A stretch of DNA of 64,000 nucleotides from an uncultured Gammaproteobacteria bacterium (GTDB lineage Bacteria > Patescibacteriota > Microgenomatia > CAYSOG01), in contig CAYSOG010000005.1 in assembly GCA_964432675.1 (NCBI GenBank), forward strand, positions 910-64,909, written 5' to 3'. The translations under genes were made by a program, and so were the position numbers. This document shows, piece by piece, positions 46,761 to 57,426 of the stretch (position 1 is the first letter of the stretch; every line of letters begins with the position of its first letter). The notes beneath the pieces were generated by a model that was given only the letters and a program-made list of their open reading frames with translations, was not told where the DNA came from and did not search any database.

Positions 46761-47234
46761 TTATTTAATATCCAATATTCTGAGCTGCGTTTTAACCGGC
46801 CCTACAGCGATATCCAAGACTTCTCCGGTTTTGGTGCCTAATAATGTTTTACCGACAGGAGATTCGTTTGAAATTCTTCCTTTGGCAGGATCTGCTTCAG
46901 CGCTACCTACGATAATAAACTCGTGAATTTCACCATTCATTTCGCATACAACTGTAGAACCTATCACAACAAAGTCTGTGACGACTTGATTATGAGTTAC
47001 CACAACGGCATTTTTTAAGACCTTTTCTAAATCAGTTATTCTAGCCTCAAGAAGCGATTGTTCTTCTCTGGCATCGTCGTAGGCAGAGTTTTCAGCAATA
47101 TCACCCATTTCTCGGGTTTGTTGCAGCCGCAGTATAACTTCGGGCCGCTTTACTTTCACGAGGTGCTCGTACTCTTCTCTTAAATCTTCTTTACCTTCTT
47201 CTGTGATATAGCTTTTTGGTTTTGTTCCTACCAT
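46761..47234 (-). CDS. greA: Transcription elongation factor GreA
   Basis: N-terminal coiled coil with acidic tip (EMGDIAENSAYDDAREEQ) and an FKBP-like C-terminal domain. 157 aa. Confidence 0.85.
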   Translation of the reverse strand: MVGTKPKSYITEEGKEDLREEYEHLVKVKRPEVILRLQQTREMGDIAENSAYDDAREEQSLLEARITDLEKVLKNAVVVTHNQVVTDFVVIGSTVVCEMNGEIHEFIIVGSAEADPAKGRISNESPVGKTLLGTKTGEVLDIAVGPVKTQLRILDIK

Positions 47235-47492
47235 ATTACTTGCTTTGACTACTAGATTAGCCTAAAGTTTTCTTACTGTACCATACTTTAAATTATTTAG
47301 CAATAAACCTATAGTCAATTTATGCTTTCCTAGCGGGCTAATTTGCCAGAAAATTCTGGGGACAAAAAATGAGCATTTTGTAAATGCTCGCTCATCTTAA
47401 CAAAGACCAAATTAGGATTTTATTAAACAAAAGGTACACCAGGATTTACCCAACAGCCATATTTTGGTACAATTAGGAACAAGTTTTACCAA

Positions 47493-47566
47493 GGCCCCAT
47501 CGTCTAGCGGTTTAGGACACCTGGTTCTCATCCAGGAGATCGCCGGTTCGAATCCGGCTGGGGCTA
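47493..47566 (+). tRNA. tRNA-Glu (anticodon CTC)
   Basis: GGCCCCA/TGGGGCT acceptor stem with a G1-U72 wobble pair. D-arm TCGTCTAGCGGTTTAGGACA. Anticodon stem CCTGG/CCAGG with loop TTCTCAT. T-arm GCCGGTTCGAATCCGGC. Discriminator A. CCA is not encoded. Confidence 0.85.
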
Positions 47567-47634
47567 CATACCCATCAAATAAAATAGACGTTTATACTCC
47601 AACTCTTTATTAGCACTACTGTTATACTAAAAAC

Positions 47635-48873
47635 ATGCTGCGGTTTCTTATCAAAAAAGCCTTTGGGGTAGTTAACCAAAGAACGAATTATAATCTAAGG
47701 ATTAAATTTGCCGACGGTAGTACTTGGGAACACTTAGGCGGTGGTCATGAAATAACTATTGTCTTTAAGAAGCGGCGTGCAGAATTCAATTCGCTTTTAT
47801 TAACCGATGTTGGTTTTATGGAATCGTATTTTAAAGGCGATATTGATATCTTGGGCGAAGATGCTTTACGCGAAGTCATTCGCACATCCCTTGAACTGCC
47901 AGATACCAACGATATAGAAAAAGAACTATTTAACCCAATTGCTAGGATAAAGCGACTTTTGTATGAAGCAAAAGTCAACAACAAGAGCTTTGCGCAAGCC
48001 AAGAAAAACGCCTATTTCCATTACAATTTACCAGCTGAATTTTTTCATCTTTTCCTTGGGGAGACATACGCTTACTCCGAAGCCTATTATCATGACGGCG
48101 ATGAGACATTAGATGAAGCCCAGGTAAAAAAATATAACTATGTTGCCAAAAAACTGTTGCTAAAACCAGGAGATAAGTTAGTAGAAGTTGGTAGCGCGTA
48201 TGGCTATATGTCTATTTTGGCGGCGGAAAAATATGGGGCAGACGTTACAAATTATGGCCTGGTCGCTGAACAAAATAGGGTAATGCAAGAAAAAATTGAC
48301 CAAAAAAACCTTGGGGATAAAGTACGAATTGTTGTCAAAGACCACCGGGAATTAAAGTATGAACCTGGTACGTACGATAAATTCGTTTCACTCGGTGTCC
48401 ATGAGCATGCCGGAAAAGACTGTAACAGACAGTGGATTGAAAGCATTGCGACTGCTCTTAGACCTGGCGGCGTTGGCCTTATTTCGTGTACAACACATAT
48501 GGAAAGGATGCTCGGACCATATTTGATAACAAAACATATATTCCCGGGCGGCTACATTCCAAGCGTATCGGAAACATTAAGTCTTATGGAAGAGTATGGA
48601 TTGAATGTTGTGGATATGGAAAGCTTGCGGCATCATTATTATCTAACATCTAACCAATGGTATAAGAACTTTATTGATAACTGGGACAAAATTCAGCAGA
48701 TAAATCCAAACTTGTTTAACGAATATTTCAAAAGAAAATGGTCACTTTACCTTTTAGGTTTTTGTGAATCACTCAAACACGAAAAGGCAAAAATAGATGT
48801 GTTCCATATCGTATTTACAAAAGGTAGAAACAAAGAATATTATCCTATTACAAGGGATTTTTTATATAAATGA
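47635..48873 (+). CDS. Cyclopropane-fatty-acyl-phospholipid synthase family SAM-dependent methyltransferase
   Basis: LVEVGSAYGYMS is a SAM-binding G-x-G-x-G-type motif. Length and motif spacing match CFA/mycolic-acid cyclopropane synthases (HEHAGKD, FPGGYIPS). Confidence 0.7.
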   Translation: MLRFLIKKAFGVVNQRTNYNLRIKFADGSTWEHLGGGHEITIVFKKRRAEFNSLLLTDVGFMESYFKGDIDILGEDALREVIRTSLELPDTNDIEKELFNPIARIKRLLYEAKVNNKSFAQAKKNAYFHYNLPAEFFHLFLGETYAYSEAYYHDGDETLDEAQVKKYNYVAKKLLLKPGDKLVEVGSAYGYMSILAAEKYGADVTNYGLVAEQNRVMQEKIDQKNLGDKVRIVVKDHRELKYEPGTYDKFVSLGVHEHAGKDCNRQWIESIATALRPGGVGLISCTTHMERMLGPYLITKHIFPGGYIPSVSETLSLMEEYGLNVVDMESLRHHYYLTSNQWYKNFIDNWDKIQQINPNLFNEYFKRKWSLYLLGFCESLKHEKAKIDVFHIVFTKGRNKEYYPITRDFLYK

Positions 48874-48927
48874 CCAAGAAAAAAGGCGACAGTTTTACCT
48901 GTCGCCCGAATTTTTATTGTATCTATG

Positions 48928-49698
48928 TTACCTAAAAGCTTCCTGATTTATAAACGGATCGTCAGGCAACCGAATAAACGGACAAATTCGCCGTTTCTTT
49001 GCCATCACAAAGTGAGCTGCAACCTTGAGCGTGCTTGAACCTTGGCCCTTTGGACCTTGGCGAGCGCGGTCTAATCTTGAATCGGCATACATATCCGATA
49101 GCCAAAAGATCATACCAAGTACAAAAGCCATCAGCATAATGCCACCCAAGAAACCGCCCACAATGATAAGTAGTTTTATAAGACCAATCTTGCCAACGAG
49201 AAAGTGGTAAAGCAGGCCTAGCCCAACCAAAAGTGTTACTGTCCACGGATAGATAACACGCATAGTTCCTGTCTTAAAGAACCAATGGCAAAAGCTTCTT
49301 AGGCCATGTAGCCAAAGCCACACGAAAGGCGGGCTAACTAGATCGAAGAATTTCATCAGGCCTTCCCGATCGAAAAGCATATAAACATAATACGTGTATA
49401 AGACAGATAGTATAACAAGCCAAAGTCGTTCGCTTGTATTTCCTGCCCAAAAGGCCAGAAGCCATATTGGCGTTAGGATAAGCATCCAGGGCCGTATTTT
49501 CCAGATAAGTGGTACTTTGAAGAACCAATAAAGTGGCGTCCAGAATAAGAGAACCCGCATATAGTGGCAAAGATTTTCGCGGTAACCAGGTCTGTTATGG
49601 CCGCCATGCATTATCCACCATCGGTACAAATGGTAATGCCAAGCATACCTGTTGACATCGATTTCGCCGCTTAGAAATTCCTTAATACGATCAAACAC
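48928..49698 (-). CDS. Trp-rich polytopic membrane protein, unknown function
   Basis: ~6 TM helices. No motif. Confidence 0.4.
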   Translation of the reverse strand: MFDRIKEFLSGEIDVNRYAWHYHLYRWWIMHGGHNRPGYRENLCHYMRVLLFWTPLYWFFKVPLIWKIRPWMLILTPIWLLAFWAGNTSERLWLVILSVLYTYYVYMLFDREGLMKFFDLVSPPFVWLWLHGLRSFCHWFFKTGTMRVIYPWTVTLLVGLGLLYHFLVGKIGLIKLLIIVGGFLGGIMLMAFVLGMIFWLSDMYADSRLDRARQGPKGQGSSTLKVAAHFVMAKKRRICPFIRLPDDPFINQEAFR

Positions 49699-49753
49699 CT
49701 TGTACTCCTTGTCTTAGTATTTGTGATGTGTGAGAGCAGTTGTTCAAATAACC

Positions 49754-50002
49754 CTAAGTCGTACCGAAATCTCGCCGAAGTCGCTCAAGCGTTTCTCGAG
49801 CATTACGGAATTCCCGACTAACACGATCCAGCGCGAGATCCACTCTTCCGATGGTAAAAAAGCCCTCCAAAATAGCTTCTTGTTGATCTGGTGTTAGCAA
49901 CAAGAAATTGGCCGGCAGATCAAGAAGATAATCTTCCTGTATACCTTTATCAAGTGTTTGAAAATAAGCTGCTAGTTTGTACTTCCCCTCATTTTCTGCC
50001 AC
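49754..50002 (-). CDS. Small hypothetical protein
   Basis: 82-aa ORF. Confidence 0.3.
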   Translation of the reverse strand: MAENEGKYKLAAYFQTLDKGIQEDYLLDLPANFLLLTPDQQEAILEGFFTIGRVDLALDRVSREFRNARETLERLRRDFGTT

Positions 50003-50077
50003 TGAATACTACTCCTTTAGGATCAACATGTGATAGTACTAAGAGTTGTCATGGTATCTAGTATCAGCTGTTATAGC

Positions 50078-50470
50078 TTATGTGTTGTTTGGAGAATTCA
50101 ATGCATCAATTGCAGTGGTAATAAGCAATGCGATAACCTCTACGGCTTCCTCAGTATCCGTTGGGGTAGCTGAAAGAAGCTGCTTGAGTGCTGTAACCAT
50201 TTCATGTTCGTTAATTATTGGCTGCGTTGTACTGTGATCGTGTTCCTGCCGCAGGGCAATAGCTTTTTGGATATAGGTGTAACTGTCCTCGCCTGCTTCT
50301 GCCGCTAACCGGCAAACTTCCTGGTACAAGTCGCCCTCAATAGTCATATCATCGGGCGGCGGGTAAGGAGTTGGTCTTAATCGTCCGCGATTAACCCGGG
50401 TTGCCATTATCCCAAACTTTTTCTCTGATCCCGGCCGTAGATATTCGAAATCATCAGATGCCTCGCTCAT
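50078..50470 (-). CDS. Hypothetical acidic protein
   Basis: 130-aa ORF. Confidence 0.35.
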   Translation of the reverse strand: MSEASDDFEYLRPGSEKKFGIMATRVNRGRLRPTPYPPPDDMTIEGDLYQEVCRLAAEAGEDSYTYIQKAIALRQEHDHSTTQPIINEHEMVTALKQLLSATPTDTEEAVEVIALLITTAIDALNSPNNT

Positions 50471-50597
50471 GGTAGGTCTCCTTTAACAATGCTAATTAGG
50501 TTATTAAGGTACGGCAATATTGTAGCACAATGGGCTAAATTTTTACTATAAGTTTTATTGAATGGGGAAATAAAAGGAATGCAATATTCTAAGATGC

Positions 50598-52691
50598 CTA
50601 CGGGCGAAGGAAACGAACTATGAGGAGGGCGACTATGTTCATAACTTTAATCATAGGGTTTAATGCAGGCCCGGCAGTATCTTTGTACGGGTCACCAACC
50701 GTGTCACCGGTTACGGCTGCTTGATGGGCAAAACTACCCTTGCCACCTAAATTACCAGCTTCTATGTATTTCTTAGTATTATCCCAAGCAGCACCGCCCG
50801 TGGTCATGGATATGGCCACAAAAATACCGGTTACAATTGAACCAACCAAAAAGCCTCCAAGAGCTCTTGCATTTAAGGCCGTGCCAACCAAAATTGGTGC
50901 TATGACTGTGATAAGGGCCGGGATAATCATGTTAATTTGCGCGCGCTTGGTAACAATCGAAACGATCGCGGCATAATCAGGCTTGGCTTTGCCACTCATG
51001 ATACCTTTAATTTCTTTAAACTGGCGGCGAACTTCAAAAACTACAGCTTTGGCACTATTGCCGACTGCTTCCATGGCAAAGGCTGCAAAGAGGAACGGAA
51101 TACTGCCGCCTAAGAACAAACCAATAAGGACATACGGATCACTGAGAAGAAACTGGACCGAGTGGCCAAAAGTCCGGAGTTCTTGGGTGTAAGCTGAGAA
51201 AAGAACTAATGAAGCAAGAGCCGCCGAAGCGATAGCGTACCCTTTCGTCACCGCTTTGGTTGTATTGCCTACGGCATCAAGTGGATCGGTAACATCACGG
51301 GCCGATTGGGGCAAGTTCGCCATTTCGGCAATGCCGCCGGCATTATCAGTAATTGGGCCAAAGGCGTCAATTGCCACAACAATACCAGTTAGCGACAACA
51401 TTGAAACTGCCGCAATTGCGACACCGTACAGGTTTGCCAGTGAAAAGGCAAGCAATATTGCCGCTGTTATAACTAAAATCGGTGCAAAGGTTGACTTCAT
51501 ACCGACCGCTATACCGGCAATAATATTAGTGGCATGGCCAGATTCTGAAGCCTGGGCAATGCCTTGCACCGGACGAAATTTCTTTGAAGTATAGTATTCG
51601 GTTATTAAGACCATCAAAAATGTCACGGCAATGCCAATAAGCGATACGAAGTAGATATTTATGGCAGAAAGGTTAAGCTGGTTATCACGCATTAAGACCA
51701 TGGTGATTGGATAGAACAATAACCCTGCAATAACTGCTGACACGATGAGGCCAAAATAAAGCGCCATCATAATAGAGCCATTTTTTGGCAGGCGCACGAA
51801 AAAGATACCGATGATTGTGGCAACTATGGAAGCTGCGGAAAGTGCTAATGGATAGATAAGAGCGTTGGCAAAATTTGGAAAAATCAGCGAGCCTAATAAA
51901 ATTGCGGAAGCAGCTGTTACAACATATGTTTCAAATAGGTCTGCGGCCATACCAGCAGTATCACCAACATTGTCACCAACGTTGTCGGCAATAACAGCAG
52001 GATTTCTCGGGTCGTCTTCGGGAATATTTTGTTCGACTTTTCCAACTAAATCCGCACCGACATCGGCTGCCTTTGTATATATCCCGCCGCCTAGTCTGGC
52101 AAAAACTGAAATTAAGCTGCCACCAAATGACAAGCCGATGAGCGCTTCAACACGACCCTGGGTTAAGGCATAGGTTGCCGCAATAACCAGTAGCGCTAGT
52201 CCAACCAATATTAAACCGGTAATCGAACCGCCGCGGAAGGCCATATCTAAAGCACTCGACAACCCCTTTGTCGCTGCCTGAGCCGTACGCACATTTGCAC
52301 GAACCGAGATATTCATGCCGATAAACCCGGCCAGTGCCGAAGCAATAGCACCAACCAAAAAACCGATTGCCTGATAATTACCAACAAAATAATACAATAA
52401 GCCAAAAATAATCACGGCAACGACGCCAACAATCATGTATTGTTGGCGCAAATAAGAAGTTGCACCTTGTTGAATAGCCTGGGCAATTTCTATCATCTTG
52501 GCGTTACCTTGTGGTTGCCGTAATACCCATAGCGATAAGAAGATGCCAAACGCTATAGCTAATACCGACGACCCAAGTATTGTCGCCATGGCATTGGTCT
52601 GCGAAAATAATAATCGGAAAATCTCCATGTATTTATTAAGTTTACAAGCTTTGTTTGAAAAATGTAAAGCGGCCAGAAAGGGGTAGTACAA
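50598..52691 (-). CDS. hppA: Membrane-bound proton/sodium-translocating pyrophosphatase
   Basis: [50 protein letters not shown] and ~15 TM helices. The true start may be at an internal Met (~52628 or ~52589). Confidence 0.9.
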   Translation of the reverse strand: MYYPFLAALHFSNKACKLNKYMEIFRLLFSQTNAMATILGSSVLAIAFGIFLSLWVLRQPQGNAKMIEIAQAIQQGATSYLRQQYMIVGVVAVIIFGLLYYFVGNYQAIGFLVGAIASALAGFIGMNISVRANVRTAQAATKGLSSALDMAFRGGSITGLILVGLALLVIAATYALTQGRVEALIGLSFGGSLISVFARLGGGIYTKAADVGADLVGKVEQNIPEDDPRNPAVIADNVGDNVGDTAGMAADLFETYVVTAASAILLGSLIFPNFANALIYPLALSAASIVATIIGIFFVRLPKNGSIMMALYFGLIVSAVIAGLLFYPITMVLMRDNQLNLSAINIYFVSLIGIAVTFLMVLITEYYTSKKFRPVQGIAQASESGHATNIIAGIAVGMKSTFAPILVITAAILLAFSLANLYGVAIAAVSMLSLTGIVVAIDAFGPITDNAGGIAEMANLPQSARDVTDPLDAVGNTTKAVTKGYAIASAALASLVLFSAYTQELRTFGHSVQFLLSDPYVLIGLFLGGSIPFLFAAFAMEAVGNSAKAVVFEVRRQFKEIKGIMSGKAKPDYAAIVSIVTKRAQINMIIPALITVIAPILVGTALNARALGGFLVGSIVTGIFVAISMTTGGAAWDNTKKYIEAGNLGGKGSFAHQAAVTGDTVGDPYKDTAGPALNPMIKVMNIVALLIVRFLRP

Positions 52692-52729
52692 CCTGACCGT
52701 TAGCAGATGGCGTTAATAGTAATGCGAAG

Positions 52730-54277
52730 CTAGTGTTTTGTCAAGAAGCCATTACTTCCCTCATTTTTTGGCTCATGAATAGTGAAAAAAGAAACAATCG
52801 CACTTAAAAATGCCAAAAATGCCGCAATGCCTATTGCCCACCGGAACCCATAGACAAATGATTCATCAATAATATTCTGCGTTTGCTGTTGTTGGCTGCC
52901 AGAAAAACCTACGGGTATAGTAATAGCACCAAGTTTGTCTTTTTGGTTTAAGATTTGCTCTTTTTGTGGTTGCGACAAGCTGCTTGCTCCAAGTACATGT
53001 TCAAGACGTGTGCCAAACGTTGTTAATACAACAGCGCCTAACATGACAACGGCTAATAATCCGGCAATTCTAGATACAGCGTTATTGATACCTGAAGCCG
53101 TACCGGAATAATTTGGGTCAACCGAAAGCGCTGACTTCGTTAACGGGGCTATGACAAGTGACATACCAAGGCCAAAAAGAATTAATCCCGGTAGAAACGA
53201 CGTAAAATAATTAGTATGGTTTGTCGGCAAAATAAACGAGGCCATACCGATTGCCACTAGCATAGGGCCGATAATCATAGGTACTCGTGGGCCAAACCGG
53301 TCTGCAATCATGCCGCCAGGACCTGACAATAGTGCTATGAGAATAATTGCTGGCGTTAAGCCTAAACCTGCAAAGATTTGAGAGTAATGTTGGATCTGCA
53401 GTAAATTCAAAGCCAGAAAAAAGATTACGCCGCTTAAGGCAAAATAAAGGAAAAGCGTTACTAAGTTTGCCCCAACCACCAAAGGTTTTTTAAATATCGC
53501 AAACGGTACGATTGGTTCTGTCACTTTCTTTTCCTCGATAACAAATGCAATTACTCCAATAACGCCAACGAGCAAACCGCCAATAACCGTTATATTGTTC
53601 CACCCAAATGCCGGCCCGTTAATAAGCGCAAAGGCAAAACCAAATAGGGCTATAAAGACTAAAAGCGCACCAATATAGTCTAACTGCTTCATTAACTCGT
53701 TCTTTGATTCGGGAATAAATTTGAGCGTTAAAAGTAGTGCCAAAATACCAAGCGGGATATTAATGAAGAATATCGCAGGCCAGCCAAATGTTTGGACTAG
53801 AAAGCCGCCGACAAATGGTCCGAGTGCTGCCAGGCCCGCCGAAAATCCAGACCATATACCTATAGCGCTACCACGGATATTTGGGGCAAACGACCGGTCA
53901 ATAATACTTAAACTGCCTGGCACCATCATTGCCGCCCCAATACCTTGCACGCAGCGCAACAACATTAAAGGTGTTACTGATCGAGATAGGCCGCAAAGAA
54001 ATGAAGATACGGTAAAAAGTCCAATACCATAGAGGAAAATCCGCTTCCGGCCGAACTTATCACCGAGCGAACCGCTAATCAAAATTAAAGAGGAAAGAAA
54101 TAGCGCATAGCCGTTAACAATCCATTGTATTTGAGTAAATGTAGCGTTTAGCTGTGTTTGGATCGTCGGAATGGCAATGGTGACAACACTACCGTCTAAA
54201 AAAGCCATGCCGCTGGCTAAAATTGTTGCCCCTAAAATCGCAATGCCGTGTGGTGAATTGATTTTGTAACCTGCCAT
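52730..54277 (-). CDS. MFS transporter, 14-TM drug:H+ antiporter (DHA2-like)
   Basis: 14 predicted TM helices. Motif A-like GDKFGRKR after TM2. Confidence 0.8.
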   Translation of the reverse strand: MAGYKINSPHGIAILGATILASGMAFLDGSVVTIAIPTIQTQLNATFTQIQWIVNGYALFLSSLILISGSLGDKFGRKRIFLYGIGLFTVSSFLCGLSRSVTPLMLLRCVQGIGAAMMVPGSLSIIDRSFAPNIRGSAIGIWSGFSAGLAALGPFVGGFLVQTFGWPAIFFINIPLGILALLLTLKFIPESKNELMKQLDYIGALLVFIALFGFAFALINGPAFGWNNITVIGGLLVGVIGVIAFVIEEKKVTEPIVPFAIFKKPLVVGANLVTLFLYFALSGVIFFLALNLLQIQHYSQIFAGLGLTPAIILIALLSGPGGMIADRFGPRVPMIIGPMLVAIGMASFILPTNHTNYFTSFLPGLILFGLGMSLVIAPLTKSALSVDPNYSGTASGINNAVSRIAGLLAVVMLGAVVLTTFGTRLEHVLGASSLSQPQKEQILNQKDKLGAITIPVGFSGSQQQQTQNIIDESFVYGFRWAIGIAAFLAFLSAIVSFFTIHEPKNEGSNGFLTKH

Positions 54278-54335
54278 TGGTAATTTTATCTTCTTACGAG
54301 GCAGAATAGAAAGTCAAGCTTGGTATATTCCCTAC

Positions 54336-56117
54336 TTAATGGCCATGGCTTATATCTTGGCCATGTTTGGCAATTGCTTTCGGCAGGGATATTGAAGCGA
54401 GTAACCCAAGCAAGGCGAATAACGAGACCAGTAAAAATGCCGTTTTAGCCGAATCAACTGTTGCCTGCTTGATAATAGCGCTAACATCGGCCGCAACTTT
54501 GGGCGGCAGTACGTTCGATGATAAGGCGTTACTGCCAAATTCAATATTCGTTGATTGCTTTGTAACTACTTGCTCAATACGAGACTTATACGCCGGTGGC
54601 ACAACCTGGCTAGTCGCAATATTTGTATTAACGTTTGAAACGATAAGCGAAAGCAGCACGGCGCCGATAATAGAAGAACCAAGGGTCGTACCAACCTGGC
54701 GTACCGTATTATTAACACCGGCAGCTTCACCAGCTTGCTGGACCGAAACGGCTGATAGGGTTAAGTTACTAATCGGTGCCATAACCAATCCCATACCGCA
54801 TCCGTAAAGGATGAGGCCAGGCGCTAAGCTGATTATCGAAGCGTCAACACCAAAACTTTGTCGCATGACCAAAACCGCAATCGCGTTTAACAAAAGACCA
54901 GCCTGGATTAACCGCTTGGGTGATATTCTTTGGCTTAATATACCAGAAAGTGGCGCCACAATAAGCATAGGTGCTGACATAGGCGCCATGGCAAAGCCGG
55001 TATGCAAGGCGTCTAAATGGGCCACTGATTGTAAATACACTGGCAAGGTAAAAATTAATCCCATCATACCAAGCGACATAATACCTGTTGTTAATACTCC
55101 GGCGGTAAATGCTCGATTGTGAAAAATCTTCATCGAAACTAATGGCGTGCCTCCGACACGGTCAACATGTAATTCCCACTCATAGAATAAGTCTAAAAAC
55201 AGCAGCCCAAATAATATCGCGATCGGCGTAATTGAGACGCCAAAAATATTAAATGACCATGCACCAAGTGCAATGTCTTGCTTTGAAATAAACCAGCCAT
55301 ACGTCGATGACTCAATAACACCCCAGGCCACTGAAAGCAAACCAAACGCAGAAAGCAAAACGCCAACAATATCAAGTTTTGGCTTCTCTTCCACATCCCG
55401 GGATTCTTTAATAAGCACCGAACCAATTAAAAGTAATGCCGCAACAACAACATTAATCCGAAATGCCCAACGCCAACTGAATTCATTTGTTAAAAAGCCG
55501 CCCAAGATCGGACCGATGGAAGAAGAAGCCGCGGCAATGCCACCCCAAATACCAAATGCAATCGCCCTATCTCTTCCTTGAAAACTAGCAACCAAAAGTG
55601 AAGCTGTGGCTGGCAGCATTAAGGCGGCTCCAATGCCTTCAATAACCGATTCACCTGCTAATAGCGTGCCGACATTTGGGCTTATCGATGCAATAAATGA
55701 GCCAACGGCAAAGATTGCCGCTCCTGCCATAAACATTTTTTTGCGGCCAAATAAGTCACCTAACCTGCCGCCAGTAATCGTTAAGGAAGCTAACATTAAG
55801 GCATAAACGGTAATAACCCACTGTAAACTTTGGATATTGGTGTGCAATTCATGAATAATAGTCGAAAGCGAAACGTTGAGGACTGTTGTATCAATGATAA
55901 TAATTGCCAATGCTAAACTAAGAACGATAAGGCTGCCCCACTTTTTCAGGAAGCTTGGGTGGACTGGCACAACTTCCTTGAAGTTGGACGTTTGATCATC
56001 ATCAGTGTCTGTCATATTAACAGCCTGATTGTTAGCCGGGCTTTCGAATGGTTGTGGAGGAAGTTCTTCTTGTTCCATCATAAGCGTTTTTTGTTGGGCA
56101 ATGGTATATGGTAGCAT
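54336..56117 (-). CDS. MFS transporter, 14-TM DHA2/EmrB-like
   Basis: GRLGDLFGRKK (motif A), 14 TM helices, and an extended N-terminal cytoplasmic tail. Confidence 0.8.
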   Translation of the reverse strand: MLPYTIAQQKTLMMEQEELPPQPFESPANNQAVNMTDTDDDQTSNFKEVVPVHPSFLKKWGSLIVLSLALAIIIIDTTVLNVSLSTIIHELHTNIQSLQWVITVYALMLASLTITGGRLGDLFGRKKMFMAGAAIFAVGSFIASISPNVGTLLAGESVIEGIGAALMLPATASLLVASFQGRDRAIAFGIWGGIAAASSSIGPILGGFLTNEFSWRWAFRINVVVAALLLIGSVLIKESRDVEEKPKLDIVGVLLSAFGLLSVAWGVIESSTYGWFISKQDIALGAWSFNIFGVSITPIAILFGLLFLDLFYEWELHVDRVGGTPLVSMKIFHNRAFTAGVLTTGIMSLGMMGLIFTLPVYLQSVAHLDALHTGFAMAPMSAPMLIVAPLSGILSQRISPKRLIQAGLLLNAIAVLVMRQSFGVDASIISLAPGLILYGCGMGLVMAPISNLTLSAVSVQQAGEAAGVNNTVRQVGTTLGSSIIGAVLLSLIVSNVNTNIATSQVVPPAYKSRIEQVVTKQSTNIEFGSNALSSNVLPPKVAADVSAIIKQATVDSAKTAFLLVSLFALLGLLASISLPKAIAKHGQDISHGH

Positions 56118-56191
56118 AATCTAAGTATCATGTCATTAGAGGAGTACTTAGAACACTTCGGCTTAAAACCATTTACTCAAAGTATTCTCAG

Positions 56192-56671
56192 GTGGTTTTC
56201 AGTAGCTACCACTATACTTCCTTATTACCCATGAAAAAATTCATTTTGGTAACAGCTGTTATTACTACTTTTGGGCTATACGTTATTGAATATCGGTTCG
56301 GTGGTAGAGATGACATCAATGTTGTGCCTCCTGCCACGGTCATACCAAACACCAGCACGACCGGTGGACCATCGGCAATTGCAAAATATAAAGATGGATC
56401 ATATATAGGCCCTAGTACTGACGCATTTTACGGTAACGTGCAAGTTAAAGCTATTATTAGCGGCGGTAAAATTACCGATGTCCAGTTCTTAGATTACCCA
56501 CAAGACAGGCAAACCTCGATAATAATTAACGGCCAAGCAATGCCGTACTTAAAACAAGAGGCCATCCAATCACAAAGTGCAAAAGTCGATATCATTTCAG
56601 GAGCAACACAAACAAGTATGGCTTTCCAACAATCATTGCAATCGGCGCTTACAAATGCCAAAACTCAATGA
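56192..56671 (+). CDS. Membrane-anchored FMN-binding domain protein (ApbE flavinylation substrate type)
   Basis: N-terminal TM helix, then an FMN_bind-like domain ending in DIISGATQTS, which is the [ST]GAT flavinylation motif. The likely start is at the internal Met at 56231. Confidence 0.6.
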   Translation: MVFSSYHYTSLLPMKKFILVTAVITTFGLYVIEYRFGGRDDINVVPPATVIPNTSTTGGPSAIAKYKDGSYIGPSTDAFYGNVQVKAIISGGKITDVQFLDYPQDRQTSIIINGQAMPYLKQEAIQSQSAKVDIISGATQTSMAFQQSLQSALTNAKTQ

Positions 56672-57408
56672 AACAAACACAAATCTTAATGGGCATGCCA
56701 ATCAGTGTTGAGATTATCGATAACCATATTCCAGCAGATACATTTAATATGGTTTTCGATTATTTCCGATATGTCGATGAGACGTTTAGTACATATAAAC
56801 CATCAAGTGAAGTAAGCAAGATTAACAGAGGTGAAATGTCACCAGAAATTTTAAGTCAAGATATGCGAGAAATCCTACAACTATCTGAAAAAACCAGAGT
56901 TGAAACAAAAGGGTATTTTAATATTAGGCATAAAGGGCAATTGGACCCTTCTGGTATCGTAAAAGGTTGGGCTATTAATAATGCAGCAAGGCTTCTAAAA
57001 AATGCTGGTTATAGAAACTACTACATAGATGCCGGCGGCGATATTCAAGTGGAAGGGAAAAATAGCCAAGGACGAGCTTGGACCATCGGTATCCGAAACC
57101 CATTTAAGGTAGATGAGATTGTAAAGGTTTTATCGGTTAAAAATTGCGGTGTTGCTACTTCCGGGACATATGAACGGGGGCGGCATATTTATAATCCAAT
57201 GGCTAACGGAAAGCCGGTAACTGATATTGTCAGTATCACCGTAATTGGCCCAAATATTTATGACACTGATAGATTCGCAACCGCAGCCTTTGCCATGGGT
57301 AGTCAAGGTATCAAGCTAATCGAAAAATTGGATGGGTTTGAGGGGTACATGATAGACAATAAAGGTATTGCAACAATGACAAAGGGGTTTGAGCAATACA
57401 CAAGATAA
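56668..57408 (+). CDS. ApbE-family FAD:protein FMN transferase (short form)
   Basis: GIVKGWAINNAARLLKNAGYRNYYIDAGGDIQVEG matches the ApbE core (xKGxAxD...GGD). ATGA overlap with the upstream gene. Confidence 0.6.
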   Translation: MKQTQILMGMPISVEIIDNHIPADTFNMVFDYFRYVDETFSTYKPSSEVSKINRGEMSPEILSQDMREILQLSEKTRVETKGYFNIRHKGQLDPSGIVKGWAINNAARLLKNAGYRNYYIDAGGDIQVEGKNSQGRAWTIGIRNPFKVDEIVKVLSVKNCGVATSGTYERGRHIYNPMANGKPVTDIVSITVIGPNIYDTDRFATAAFAMGSQGIKLIEKLDGFEGYMIDNKGIATMTKGFEQYTR

Positions 57409-57426
57409 CGAGTAAGATTTTATGGT

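Noticed and set aside
47368-47396. Hairpin ATGAGCATTTtgtAAATGCTCGCTCAT upstream of tRNA-Glu as a terminator or small RNA
   Set aside because: It lies upstream of greA on the non-coding side, with no U-tract on either strand. It is more likely part of the greA or tRNA promoter region, or fortuitous, and is not reported as a feature.
50740-52173. Several plus-strand ORFs inside hppA (50740..50976, 50983..51192, 51256..51594, 51865..52173)
   Set aside because: They are antisense to a high-confidence H+-PPase gene with canonical motifs. They are composition-driven shadow ORFs.
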